A stretch of DNA of 64,000 bases from Eledone cirrhosa (taxonomy: Eukaryota): positions 44,888,001 to 44,952,000 of the forward strand of contig OZ024750.1 of NCBI GenBank assembly GCA_964016885.1, given 5' to 3'. The notes under the pieces are model-generated. The model was not told the DNA's origin, did not search any database, and was given only the letters and a program-made list of their open reading frames with translations. The number at the start of each line of letters is the position of its first letter. Within the stretch, counting starts at the first letter, position 1. Both the position numbers and the translations under genes were made by a program. Positions 13,201 to 27,300 of this stretch are shown here, in pieces.

Positions 13201-16200
13201 TTGTTGGTGATGGTATTGGGGTTGTTGTTGGTGATGGTATTGGGGTTGTTGTTGGTGATGGTATTGGGGTTGTTGTTGGTGATGGTATTGGTGTTGTTGT
13301 TGGTGATGGTATTGGTTATGTTGTTGGTGATGGTATTGGTGTGGTTGTTGGTGATGGTATTGGGGTTGTTGTTGGTGATGGTATTGGGGTTGTTGTTGGT
13401 GATGGTATTGGTGTTGTTGTTGGTGATGGTATTGGTTATGTTGTTGGTGATGGTATTGGTGTGGTTGTTGGTGATGGTATTGGGGTTGTTGTTGGTGATG
13501 GTATTGGTGTGGTTGTTGGTGATGGATTGGGTGTTGTTGTTGGTGATGGTATTGATGTTGTTGTTGGTGATGGTATGGGGTTGTTGTTGGTGATGGTATT
13601 GGGGTTGTTGTTGGTGATGGTATTGGTGTTGTTGTGGTGATGGTATGGGGTTGTTGTGGTGATGGTATTGGTTTTGTTGTTGGTGATGGTATTGGTGTGG
13701 TTGTTGGTGATGGTATTGGGGTTGTTGTTGGTGATGGTATTGGGGTGTTGTTGGTGATGGTATTGGGGGTTGTGTGGTGATGGTATTGGGGTTGTTGTTG
13801 GTGGTGGTATTGGGGTTGTTGTTGGTGATGGTATTGGTTATGTTGTGGTGATGGTATTGGTGTGGTGTTGGTGATGGTATTGGGGTTGTTGTTGGTGATG
13901 GTTTGGTGTTGTTGTTGGTGATGGTATTGGGGTTGTTGTTGGTGATGGTATTGGGTGTGGTTGTTGGTGGGTGGTATTGGTGTTGTGTTGGTGATGGTAT
14001 TGGGTTGGTGTGGTGTTGGTTTGGGGGTTGTTGTTGGTGTGGTTTGGGGTTGTTGTTGGGTGATGGTATTGGTGTTGTTGTTGGTGATGGTTTGGGGGTT
14101 GTTGTGGTGGTGGTATTGGTGTTGTGTTGGTGTTGGTATTGATGTTGTTGTTGGTGATGGTATTGGTGTGTTGTTGGTGATGGTTTGTGTTGTTGTGGGT
14201 GATGGTATTGGTGTTGTTGTAGGTGATGGTTTGGTGATGTTGTGGGTGTGGTATTGGGTTGTTGTTGGTGATGGTATTGAGGTTGTTGTGGTGATGGTAT
14301 TGGTGTTGTGTTGGTGATGTTATTGGTGTTGTTGTTGGTGTGGGTGGTGTGGTGTTGGTGTGGTATTGAGGTTGTTGTGTTGATGGTTTGGTGTTGTTGT
14401 TGGTGATGGTATTGGTGTTGTTGTTGGTGATGGTATTGGGGTTGTTGTTGGTGATGGTGTGGGGTTGTTGTTGGTGATGGTATTGGTGTTGTTGTTGGTG
14501 ATGGTATTGATGTTGCTGTTGGTGATGGTATTGGGGTGTTGTTGGTGATGGTATTGGTGTTGTTGTTGGTGATGGTATTGGTGTGGGTTGGTGGTGATGG
14601 TATTGATGTTGTTGTTGGTGATGGTATTGGGATTGTTGTTGGTATGGTATTGATGTTGTTGTTGGTGATGGTATTGGTGTTGTTGTTGGTGATTGTATTG
14701 ATGTTGTTGTTGGTGATTGTATTGATGTTGTTGTTGGTGATGGTATTGGGGTTGTTGTTGGTAATGGTATTGATGTTGTTGTTGGTGATGGTATTGGTGT
14801 TGTTGTTGGTGATGGTATTGGTGTTGTTGTGGTGATTGTATTGATGTTGTTGTTGGTGATGGTATTGGTGTGGTTGTTGGTGATGGTATTGGTGTTGTTG
14901 TGGTGATGGTATTGGGATTGTTGTTGGTGATGGTATTGGTGTTGTTGTTGGTGATGGTATTGATGTTGTTGTTGGTGATGGTATTGGGATTGTTGTTGGT
15001 GATGGTATTGGGGTTGTTGTTGGTGATGGTATTGGTGTTGTTGTTGGTGATGTTATTGGTGTTGTTGTTGGTGTGGTATTGGGATTGTTGTTGGTGATGG
15101 TATTGGTGTGGTTGTTGGTGATGGTATTGGTGTTGTTGTTTGTCATGGTATTGGTGTTGTTGTTGGTGATGGTATTGGTGTTGTTGTTGGTGATGGTATT
15201 GGTGTGGTTGTTGGTGATGATATTGGTGTTGTTGTTGGTGATGGTATTGGTGTGGTTGTTGGTGATGGTATTGAGGTTGTTGTTGTTGATGGTATTGGTG
15301 TTGTTGTTGGTGATGGTATTGGTGTTGTTGGTGATGGTATTGGGGTTGTTGTTGGTGATGGTATTGGGGTTGTTGTTGGTGATGGTATTGGTGTTGTTGT
15401 TGGTGATGGTATTGGTGATGTTGTTGGTGATGGTATTGGTGTGTTGTTGGTGTTGGTATTGATGTTGTTGTTGGTGATGGTATTGATGTTGTTGTTGGTG
15501 ATGGTATTGGGGTTGTTGTTGGTGATGGTATTGATGTTGTTGTTGGTGATGGTATTGGTGTTGTTGTTGGTGATGGTATTGGTGTGGTTGTTGGTGATGG
15601 TATTGAGGTTGTGTTGTTGATGGTATTGGTGTTGTTGTTGGTGATGGTATGGTGTTGTTGTTGGTGATGGTATTGGTGTGGTGGTGGTGATGGTTTGAGG
15701 TTGTTGTTGTTGATGTATTGAGGTTGTTGTTGGTGATGGTATTGGTGTTGTTGTTGGTGATGTTATTGGGTTGTTGTTGGTGATGGTATTGGTGTGGTTG
15801 TTGGTGATGGTATTGAGGTTGTTGTTGTTGATGGTATTGGTGTTGTGTTGGTGATGGTATTGGTGTGTTGTTGGTGATGGTATTGGTGTGGTTGTTGGTG
15901 ATGGTATTGAGGTTGTTGTTGTTGATGGTATTGGTGTTGTTGTTGGTGATGGTATTGGTGTTGTTGTTGGTGGTGGTATTGGCGTGGTTGTTGGTGATGG
16001 TATTGGTGTTGTTGTTGTTGATTGTATTGGGGTTGTTGTTGGTGATGTATTGATGTTGTTGTAGGTGATGGTATTGGGGTTGTTATTGGTGATGATATTG
16101 GTGTTGTTGTTGGTGATGGTATTGATGTTGCTGTTGGTGATGGTATTGGGGTTGTTATTGGTGATGATATTGGTGTTGTTGTTGGTGATGGTATTGATGT

Positions 16201-18338
16201 TGCTGTTGGTGATGGTATTGGGGTTGTTGTTGGTGATGGTATTGGTGTGGTTGTTGGTGATGGTATTGATGTTGTTGGTGATGGTATTGGGGTTGTTGTT
16301 GGTGATTGTATTGATGTTGTTGTTGGTGATGGTATTGGGGGTTGTTGTTGGTGATGGTATTGATGTTGTTGTTGGTGATGGTATTGGTGTTGTTGGTGAT
16401 GGTATTGGTGTGGTTGTTGGTGATGGTATTGATGTTGTTGGTGATGGTATTGGGGTTGTTGTTGGTGATTGTATTGATGTTGTTGTTGGTGATGGTATTG
16501 GGGTTGTTGTTGGTGATGGTATTGATGTTGTTGTTGGTGATGGTATTGGTGTTGTTGGTGATGGTATTGGTGTTGTTGTTGGTGATTGTATTGATGTTGT
16601 TGTTGGTGATGGTATGGGGTTGTTGTTGGTGATGGTATTGATGTTGTTGTTGGTGATGGTATTGGTGTTGTTGTTGGTGATTGTATTGATGTTGTTGTTG
16701 GTGATGGTATTGGTATTGGTGTGGTTGTTGGTGATGGTATTGAGGTTGTTGTTGGTGTTGGTATTGGTGTTGTTGTTGGTGATGGTATTGGTGTTGTTGT
16801 TGGTGATGGTATTGGTGTTGTTGTTGGTGATGGTATTGGGGTTGTTGTTGGTGATGGTATTGATGTTGTTGTTGGTGATGGTATTGGTGTTGTTGTTGGT
16901 GATGGTATTGATGTTGTTGTTGGTGATGGTATTGGGGTTGTTGTTGGTGATGGTATTGATGTTGTTGTTGGTGATGTTATTGGTGTTGTTGTTGTTGATG
17001 GTATTGGGGTTGTTGTTGGTGATGGTATTGGTGTTGTTGTTGTGTAGGTATTGGGGTTGCTGTTGGTGATGGTATTGGTGTTGTTGTTGATGATTGTATT
17101 GATGTTGTTGTTGGTGATGGTATTGATGTTGTTGTTGATGGTATTGGGTGTTGTTGGTGATGGTATTGGGGTTGTTGTTGGTGATGGTATTGGTGTTGTT
17201 GTTGGTGATGGTATTGGTGTTGTTGTTGGTGATGGTATTGGGTTGTTGTTGGTGATGGTATTGGGGTTGTTGTTGGTGATGGTATTGGTGTTGTTGTTGG
17301 TGATGGTATTGGGGTTGTTGTTGGTGATGGTATTGGGGTTGTTGTTGGTGATGGTATTGAGGTGTTGTTGATGGTATTGGGGTTGTTGTTGGTGTTGGTA
17401 TTGGTGTTGTTGTTGTTGATTGTATTGGGGTTGTTGTTGGTGATGGTATTGATGTTGTTGTTGGTGATGGTATTGATGTTGTTGTAGGTGATGGTATTGG
17501 TGTTGTTGTTGGTGTGGTATTGGTGTTGTTGTTGGTGATGGTATTGATGTTGTTGGTGATGGTATTGGTGTTGTTGTTGGTGATGGTATTGACGTTGTTG
17601 TTGGTGATGGGATCGGGTGTTTGTTGGTGATGGTATTGATGTTGTTGGTGATGGTATTGGGGTTGTTGTTGGTGATGGTATTGGTGTTGTTGTTGGTGAT
17701 GGTATGGTGTTGTTGTTGGTGATGGTATTGGTGTTGTTGTTGGTGATGGTATTGATGTTGTTGTTGGTGATGGTATTGGTGTTGTTGTTGGTGATGGTAT
17801 TGGTGTTGTTGATGTCGATGGCTTTTGCCGTTGTCATATTGGTGATGGTATTGGTGTTGTTGTTGGTGATGGTATTGGTGTTGTTGTTGGTGATGGTATT
17901 GGGGTTGTTGTTGGTGATGGTATTGGTGTTGTTGATGTCGATGGCTTTTGCCGTTGTCATATTGGTGATGGTATTGGTGTTGTTGTTGGTGATGGTATTG
18001 GTGTTGTTGTTGGTGATGGTATTGGTGTTGTTGTTGTGATGTATTGTTGTTGTTGGTGATGGTATTGGTGTTGTTGTTGGTGATGGTATTGGTGTTGTTG
18101 TTGGTGATGGTATTGATGTTGTTGTTGGTGATTGTATTGATGTTGTTGTTGGTGATGGTATTGGGGTTGTTGTTGGTGGTGGTATCGGGGTGTTTGTTGG
18201 TGATGGTATTGGGGTTGTTGTTGTTGATGGTATTGGTGTTGTTGTTGGTGATGGTATTGGTGTTGTTGTTGGTGATGGTATTGGGGTTGTTGTTGGTGAT
18301 GGTATTGGTGTTGTTGATGTCGATGGCTTTTGCCGTTG

Positions 18339-21300
18339 TCATATTGGTGATGGTATTGGTGTTGTTGTTGGTGATGGTATTGATGTTGTTGTTGGTGATG
18401 GTATTGGGGTTGTTGTTGGTGATGGTATTGGTGTTGTTGTTGTTGATTGTATTGGGGTTGTTGTTGGTGATGGTATTGGTGTTGTTGTTGGTGATGGTAT
18501 TGATGATGTTGTTGGTGATGGTATTGATGTTGTTGTTGGTGATGGTATTGATGTTGTTGTTGGTGATGGTATTGGTGTTGTTGTAGGTGATTGTATTGGG
18601 ATTGTTGTTGGTGATGGTATTGGGGTTGTTGTTGGTGATGGTATTGATGTTGTTGTTGTTGATTGTATTGGGGTTGTTGTTGGTGATGGTATTGATGTTG
18701 TTGTTGGTGATGGTATTGATGTTGTTGTAGGTGATTGTATTGGGATTGTTGTTGGTGATGGTATTGGGGTTGTTGTTGGTGATGGTATTGGTGTTGTTGT
18801 TGTTGATTGTATTGGGGTTGTTGTTGGTGATGGTATTGATGTTGTTGTTGGTGATGGTATTGATGTTGTTGTTGGTGATGGTATTGGGATTGTTGTTGGT
18901 GATGGTATTGATGTTGTTGTTGGTGATGGTATTGGTGTGGTTGTTGGTGATGGTATTGGTGTTGTTGTTGGTGATGGTATTGGGATTGTTGTTGGTGATG
19001 GTATTGGGGTTGTTGTTGGTGATGGTATTGATGTTGTTGTTGGTGATGGTATTGGTGTTGTTGTTGGTGATGGTATTGGGGTTGTTGTTGGTGATGGTAT
19101 TGGGATTGTTGTTGGTGATGGTATTGGGGTTGTTGTTGGTGATGGTATTGGGATTGTTGTTGGTGATGGTATTGGGGTTGTTGTTGGTGATGGTATTGAT
19201 GTTGTTGTTGGTGATGGTATTGATGTTGTTGTTGGTGATGGTATTGGGATTGTTGTTGGTGATGGTATTGATGTTGTTGTTGGTGATGGTATTGATGTTG
19301 TTGTTGGTGATGGTATTGATGTTGTTGTTGGTGATGGTATTGATGATGTTGTTGGTGATGGTATTGGGGTTGTTGTTGGTGATGGTATTGATGTTGTTGT
19401 TGGTGATGGTATTGATGTTGTTGTTGGTGATGGTATTGGGGTTGTTGTTGGTGATGGTATTGGGGTTGTTGTTGGTGATGGTATTGGGATTGTTGTTGGT
19501 GATGGTATTGGGGTTGTTGTTGGTGATGGTATTGGGGTTGCTGTTGGGGATGGTATTGGTGTGGTTGTTGGTGATGGTATTGGGGTTGTTGTTGGTGATG
19601 GTATTGGTGTTGTTGGTGATGGTATGGGGGTTGTTGTTGGTGATGGTATTGGTGTTGTTGTTGGTGATGGTATTGGTGTTGTTGTTGGTGTTGGTATTGG
19701 GGTTGTTGTTGGTGATGGTATTGGGGTTGTTGTTGGTGATGGTATTGGTGTTGTTGTTGGTGATGGTATTGGGGTTGTTGTTGGTGATGGTATTGGGGTT
19801 GTTGTTGGTGATGGTATTGGGGTTGTTGTTGGTGATGGTATTGGTGTTGTTGTTGGTGATGGTATTGGGGTTGTTGTTGGTGATGGTATTGGGGTTGTTG
19901 TTGGTGATGGTATTGGGGTTGTTGTTGGTGATGGTATTGGGGTTGTTGTTGGTGATGGTATTGGGGTTGTTGTTGGTGATGGTATTGGGGTTGTTGTTGG
20001 TGATGGTATTGATGTTGTTGTAGGTGATGGTATTGGGGTTGTTATTGGTGATGATATTGGTGTTGTTGTTGGTGATGGTATTGATGTTGCTGTTGGTGAT
20101 GGTATTGGGGTTGTTATTGGTGATGATATTGGTGTTGTTGTTGGTGATGGTATTGATGTTGCTGTTGGTGATGGTATTGGGGTTGTTGTTGGTGATGGTA
20201 TTGGTGTGGTTGTTGGTGATGGTATTGATGTTGTTGGTGATGGTATTGGGGTTGTTGTTGGTGATTGTATTGATGTTGTTGTTGGTGATGGTATTGGGGT
20301 TGTTGTTGGTGATGGTATTGATGTTGTTGTTGGTGATGGTATTGGTGTTGTTGGTGATGGTATTGGTGTGGTTGTTGGTGATGGTATTGATGTTGTTGGT
20401 GATGGTATTGGGGTTGTTGTTGGTGATTGTATTGATGTTGTTGTTGGTGATGGTATTGGGGTTGTTGTTGGTGATGGTATTGATGTTGTTGTTGGTGATG
20501 GTATTGGTGTTGTTGGTGATGGTATTGGTGTTGTTGTTGGTGATTGTATTGATGTTGTTGTTGGTGATGGTATGGGGTTGTTGTTGGTGATGGTATTGAT
20601 GTTGTTGTTGGTGATGGTATTGGTGTTGTTGTTGGTGATTGTATTGATGTTGTTGTTGGTGATGGTATTGGTATTGGTGTGGTTGTTGGTGATGGTATTG
20701 AGGTTGTTGTTGGTGTTGGTATTGGTGTTGTTGTTGGTGATGGTATTGGTGTTGTTGTTGGTGATGGTATTGGTGTTGTTGTTGGTGATGGTATTGGGGT
20801 TGTTGTTGGTGATGGTATTGATGTTGTTGTTGGTGATGGTATTGGTGTTGTTGTTGGTGATGGTATTGATGTTGTTGTTGGTGATGGTATTGGGGTTGTT
20901 GTTGGTGATGGTATTGATGTTGTTGTTGGTGATGTTATTGGTGTTGTTGTTGTTGATGGTATTGGGGTTGTTGTTGGTGATGGTATTGGTGTTGTTGTTG
21001 GTGTAGGTATTGGGGTTGCTGTTGGTGATGGTATTGGTGTTGTTGTTGATGATTGTATTGATGTTGTTGTTGGTGATGGTATTGATGTTGTTGTTGATGG
21101 TATTGGGGTTGTTGTTGGTGATGGTATTGGGGTTGTTGTTGGTGATGGTATTGGTGTTGTTGTTGGTGATGGTATTGGTGTTGTTGTTGGTGATGGTATT
21201 GGGGTTGTTGTTGGTGATGGTATTGGGGTTGTTGTTGGTGATGGTATTGGTGTTGTTGTTGGTGATGGTATTGGGGTTGTTGTTGGTGATGGTATTGGGG

Positions 21301-24300
21301 TTGTTGTTGGTGATGGTATTGAGGTTGTTGTTGATGGTATTGGGGTTGTTGTTGGTGATGGTATTGGTGTTGTTGTTGTTGATTGTATTGGGGTTGTTGT
21401 TGGTGATGGTATTGATGTTGTTGTTGGTGATGGTATTGATGTTGTTGTAGGTGATGGTATTGGTGTTGTTGTTGGTGATGGTATTGGTGTTGTTGTTGGT
21501 GATGGTATTGATGTTGTTGGTGATGGTATTGGTGTTGTTGTTGGTGATGGTATTGACGTTGTTGTTGGTGATGGTATCGGGGTGTTTGTTGGTGATGGTA
21601 TTGATGTTGTTGGTGATGGTATTGGGGTTGTTGTTGGTGATGGTATTGGTGTTGTTGTTGGTGATGGTATTGGTGTTGTTGTTGGTGATGGTATTGGTGT
21701 TGTTGTTGGTGATGGTATTGATGTTGTTGTTGGTGATGGTATTGGTGTTGTTGTTGGTGATGGTATTGGTGTTGTTGATGTCGATGGCTTTTGCCGTTGT
21801 CATATTGGTGATGGTATTGGTGTTGTTGTTGGTGATGGTATTGGTGTTGTTGTTGGTGATGGTATTGGGGTTGTTGTTGGTGATGGTATTGGTGTTGTTG
21901 ATGTCGATGGCTTTTGCCGTTGTCATATTGGTGATGGTATTGGTGTTGTTGTTGGTGATGGTATTGGTGTTGTTGTTGGTGATGGTATTGGTGTTGTTGT
22001 TGGTGATGGTATTGATGTTGTTGTTGGTGATGGTATTGGTGTTGTTGTTGGTGATGGTATTGGTGTTGTTGTTGGTGATGGTATTGATGTTGTTGTTGGT
22101 GATTGTATTGATGTTGTTGTTGGTGATGGTATTGGGGTTGTTGTTGGTGGTGGTATCGGGGTGTTTGTTGGTGATGGTATTGGGGTTGTTGTTGTTGATG
22201 GTATTGGTGTTGTTGTTGGTGATGGTATTGGTGTTGTTGTTGGTGATGGTATTGGGGTTGTTGTTGGTGATGGTATTGGTGTTGTTGATGTCGATGGCTT
22301 TTGCCGTTGTCATATTGGTGATGGTATTGGTGTTGTTGTTGGTGATGGTATTGATGTTGTTGTTGGTGATGGTATTGGGGTTGTTGTTGGTGATGGTATT
22401 GGTGTTGTTGTTGTTGATTGTATTGGGGTTGTTGTTGGTGATGGTATTGGTGTTGTTGTTGGTGATGGTATTGATGATGTTGTTGGTGATGGTATTGATG
22501 TTGTTGTTGGTGATGGTATTGATGTTGTTGTTGGTGATGGTATTGGTGTTGTTGTAGGTGATTGTATTGGGATTGTTGTTGGTGATGGTATTGGGGTTGT
22601 TGTTGGTGATGGTATTGATGTTGTTGTTGTTGATTGTATTGGGGTTGTTGTTGGTGATGGTATTGATGTTGTTGTTGGTGATGGTATTGATGTTGTTGTA
22701 GGTGATTGTATTGGGATTGTTGTTGGTGATGGTATTGGGGTTGTTGTTGGTGATGGTATTGGTGTTGTTGTTGTTGATTGTATTGGGGTTGTTGTTGGTG
22801 ATGGTATTGATGTTGTTGTTGGTGATGGTATTGATGTTGTTGTTGGTGATGGTATTGGGATTGTTGTTGGTGATGGTATTGATGTTGTTGTTGGTGATGG
22901 TATTGGTGTGGTTGTTGGTGATGGTATTGGTGTTGTTGTTGGTGATGGTATTGGGATTGTTGTTGGTGATGGTATTGGGGTTGTTGTTGGTGATGGTATT
23001 GATGTTGTTGTTGGTGATGGTATTGGTGTTGTTGTTGGTGATGGTATTGGGGTTGTTGTTGGTGATGGTATTGGGATTGTTGTTGGTGATGGTATTGGGG
23101 TTGTTGTTGGTGATGGTATTGGGATTGTTGTTGGTGATGGTATTGGGGTTGTTGTTGGTGATGGTATTGATGTTGTTGTTGGTGATGGTATTGATGTTGT
23201 TGTTGGTGATGGTATTGGGATTGTTGTTGGTGATGGTATTGATGTTGTTGTTGGTGATGGTATTGATGTTGTTGTTGGTGATGGTATTGATGTTGTTGTT
23301 GGTGATGGTATTGATGATGTTGTTGGTGATGGTATTGATGTTGTTGTTGGTGATGGTATTGGTGTTGTTGTTGGTGATGGTATTGGTGTTGTTGTTGGTG
23401 ATGGTATTGATGTTGTTGTTGGTGATGGTATTGATGTTGTTGTTGGTGATGGTATTGGGGTTGTTGTTGGTGATGGTATTGGGGTTGTTGTTGGTGATGG
23501 TATTGGGATTGTTGTTGGTGATGGTATTGGGGTTGTTGTTGGTGATGGTATTGGGGTTGCTGTTGGGGATGGTATTGGTGTGGTTGTTGGTGATGGTATT
23601 GGGGTTGTTGTTGGTGATGGTATTGGTGTTGTTGGTGATGGTATGGGGGTTGTTGTTGGTGATGGTATTGGTGTTGTTGTTGGTGATGGTATTGGTGTTG
23701 TTGTTGGTGTTGGTATTGGGGTTGTTGTTGGTGATGGTATTGGGGTTGTTGTTGGTGATGGTATTGGTGTTGTTGTTGGTGATGGTATTGGGGTTGTTGT
23801 TGGTGATGGTATTGGGGTTGTTGTTGGTGATGGTATTGGGGTTGTTGTTGGTGATGGTATTGGTGTTGTTGTTGGTGATGGTATTGGGGTTGTTGTTGGT
23901 GATGGTATTGGGGTTGTTGTTGGTGATGGTATTGGGGTTGTTGTTGGTGATGGTATTGGGGTTGTTGTTGGTGATGGTATTGGGGTTGTTGTTGGTGATG
24001 GTATTGGGGTTGTTGTTGGTGATGGTATTGGTGTTGTTGTTGGTGATGGTATTGGGGTTGTTGTTGGTGATGGTATTGGTGTTGTTGTTGGTGATGGTAT
24101 TGGGGTTGTTGTTGGTGATGGTATTGGGGTTGTTGTTGGTGATGGTATTGGGGTTGTTGTTGGTGATGGTATTGGTGTTGTTGTTGGTGATGGTATTGGT
24201 GTTGTTGTTGGTGATGGTATTGGTGTGGTTGTTGGTGATGGTATTGAGGTTGTTGTTGTTGATGGTATTGGTGTTGTTGTTGGTGATGGTATTGGTGTTG

Positions 24301-27300
24301 TTGTTGGTGATGGTATTGGTGTTGTTGTTGGTGATGATATTGGTGTTGTTGTTGGTGATGGTATTGGTGTGGTTGTTGGTGATGGTATTGAGGTTGTTGT
24401 TGTTGATGATATTGGTGTTGTCGTTGGTGATGGTATTGGGGTTGTTGTTGGTGATGGTATTGGGGTTGTTGTTGGTGATGGTATTGGGGTTGTTGTTGGT
24501 GATGGTATTGGTGTTGTTGTTGGTGATGGTATTGATGTTGTTGTTGTTGATGGTATTGAGGTTGTTGTTGGTGATGGTATTGGTGTTGTTGTTGGTGATG
24601 GTATTGGTGTTGTTGTTGGTGATGGTATTGGTGTGGTTGTTGGTGATGGTATTGAGGTTGTTGTTGTTGATGGTATTGAGGTTGTTGTTGTTGATGGTAT
24701 TGAGGTTGTTGTTGGTGATGGTATTGGTGTTGTTGTTGGTGATGGTATTGGTGTTGTTGTTGGTGATGGTATTGGTGTTGTTGTTGGTGATGGTATTGAT
24801 GTTGCTGTTGGTGATGGTATTGGGGTTGTTGTTGGTGATGGTATTGGTGTGGTTGTTGGTGATGGTATTGATGTTGTTGGTGATGGTATTGGGGTTGTTG
24901 TTGGTGATGGTATTGGTGTGGTTGTTGGTGATGGTATTGATGTTGTTGTTGGTGATGGTATTGGTGTTGTTGTTGGTGATTGTATTGATGTTGTTGTTGG
25001 TGATGGTATTGGGGTTGTTGTTGGTAATGGTATTGATGTTGTTGTTGGTGATGGTATTGGTGTTGTTGTTGGTGATTGTATTGATGTTGTTGTTGGTGAT
25101 GGTGTTGGTGTGGTTGTTGGTGATGGTATTGATGTTGTTGTTGGTGATGGTATTGGGATTGTTGTTGGTGATGGTATTGGTGTTGTTGTTTGTGAAGGTA
25201 TTGGTGTTGTTGTTGGTGATGGTATTGGTGTTGTTGTTGGTGATGGTATTGGGGTTGTTGTTGGTGATGGTATTGGTGTTGTTGTTTGTGATGGTATTGG
25301 TGTTGTTGTTTGTGATGGTATGGGATTGTTGTTGGTGATGGTATTGGTGTTGTTGTTGGTGATGGTATTGGTGTTGTTGTTTGTCATGGTATTGGTGTTG
25401 TTGTTGGTGATGGTATTGGTGTTGTTGTTGGTGATGGTATTGGTGTGGTTGTTGGTGATGATATTGGTGTTGTTGTTGGTGATGGTATTGGTGTGGTTGT
25501 TGGTGATGGTATTGAGGTTGTTGTTGTTGATGGTATTGGTGTTGTTGTTGGTGATGGTATTGGTGTTGTTGGTGATGGTATTGGGGTTGTTGTTGGTGAT
25601 GGTATTGGGGTTGTTGTTGGTGATGGTATTGATGTTGTTGGTGATGGTATTGGGGTTGTTGTTGGTGATTGTATTGATGTTGTTGTTGGTGATGGTATTG
25701 GGGTTGTTGTTGGTGATGGTATTGATGTTGTTGTTGGTGATGGTATTGGTGTTGTTGGTGATGGTATTGGTGTTGTTGTTGGTGATTGTATTGATGTTGT
25801 TGTTGGTGATGGTATGGGGTTGTTGTTGGTGATGGTATTGATGTTGTTGTTGGTGATGGTATTGGTGTTGTTGTTGGTGATTGTATTGATGTTGTTGTTG
25901 GTGATGGTATTGGTATTGGTGTGGTTGTTGGTGATGGTATTGAGGTTGTTGTTGGTGTTGGTATTGGTGTTGTTGTTGGTGATGGTATTGGTGTTGTTGT
26001 TGGTGATGGTATTGGTGTTGTTGTTGGTGATGGTATTGGGGTTGTTGTTGGTGATGGTATTGGGGTTGTTGTTGGTGATGGTATTGGGGTTGTTGTTGGT
26101 GAAGGTATTGATGTTGTTGTTGGTGATGGTATTGGTGTTGTTGTTGGTGATGGTATTGGGGTTGTTGTTGGTGAAGGTATTGGGGTTGTTGTTGGTGAAG
26201 GTATTGATGTTGTTGTTGGTGATGGTATTGGTGTTGTTGTTGGTGATGGTATTGATGTTGTTGTTGGTGATGGTATTGGGGTTGTTGTTGGTGATGGTAT
26301 TGATGTTGTTGTTGGTGATGTTATTGGTGTTGTTGTTGTTGATGGTATTGGGGTTGTTGTTGGTGATGGTATTGGGGTTGTTGTTGGTGATGGTATTGGT
26401 GTTGTTGTTGGTGATGGTATTGGGGTTGTTGTTGGTGATGGTATTGATGTTGTTGTTGGTGATGCTATTGGTGTTGTTGTTGTTGATTGTATTGGGGTTG
26501 TTGTTGGTGATGGTATTGTTGTTGTTGTTGGTGATGGTATTGGTGTTGTTGTTGGTGATGGTATTGGTGTTGTTGTTGTTGATTGTATTGGGGTTGTTGT
26601 TGGTGATGGTATTGGGGTTGTTGTTGGTGATGGTATTGATGTTGTTGTTGGTGGTGGTATTGGGGTTGTTGTTGGTGATGGTATTGATGTTGCTGGTGAT
26701 GGTATTGATGTTGTTGTTGGTGATGCTATTGGTGTTGTTGTTGTTGATTGTATTGGGGTTGTTGTTGGTGATGGTATTGGGGTTGTTGTTGGTGATGGTA
26801 TTGATGTTGTTGTTGGTGGTGGTATTGGGGTTGTTGTTGGTGATGGTATTGATGTTGCTGGTGATGGTATTGATGTTGTTGTTGGTGATGGTATTGGTGT
26901 TGTTGTTGGTGATGGTATTGGTGTTGTTGTTGGTGATGGTATTGGTGTTGTTGTTGGTGATGGTATTGGTGTTGTTGTTGTTGATGGTATTGATGTTGTT
27001 GTTGGTGATGGTATTGGTGTTGTTGTTGGTGATGGTATTGGGGTTGTTGTTGGTGATGGTATTGGTGTTGTTGTTGGTGATGGTATTGGGGTTGTTGTTG
27101 TTGATGGTATTGGTGTTGTTGTTGGTGATGGTATTGGGGTTGTTGTTGGTGATGGTATTGGGGTTGTTGTTGGTGATGGTATTGATGTTGTTGTTGGTGA
27201 TGGTATTGGTGTTGTTGTTGGTGATGGTATTGGTGTTGTTGTTGGTGATGGTATTGATGTTGTTGTTGGTGATGGTATTGGTGTTGTTGTTGGTGATGGT

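Noticed and set aside
10205-16000. Apparent rapid frame switching and divergent units
   Set aside because: Dense single-base deletions next to the gap look like unpolished read error.
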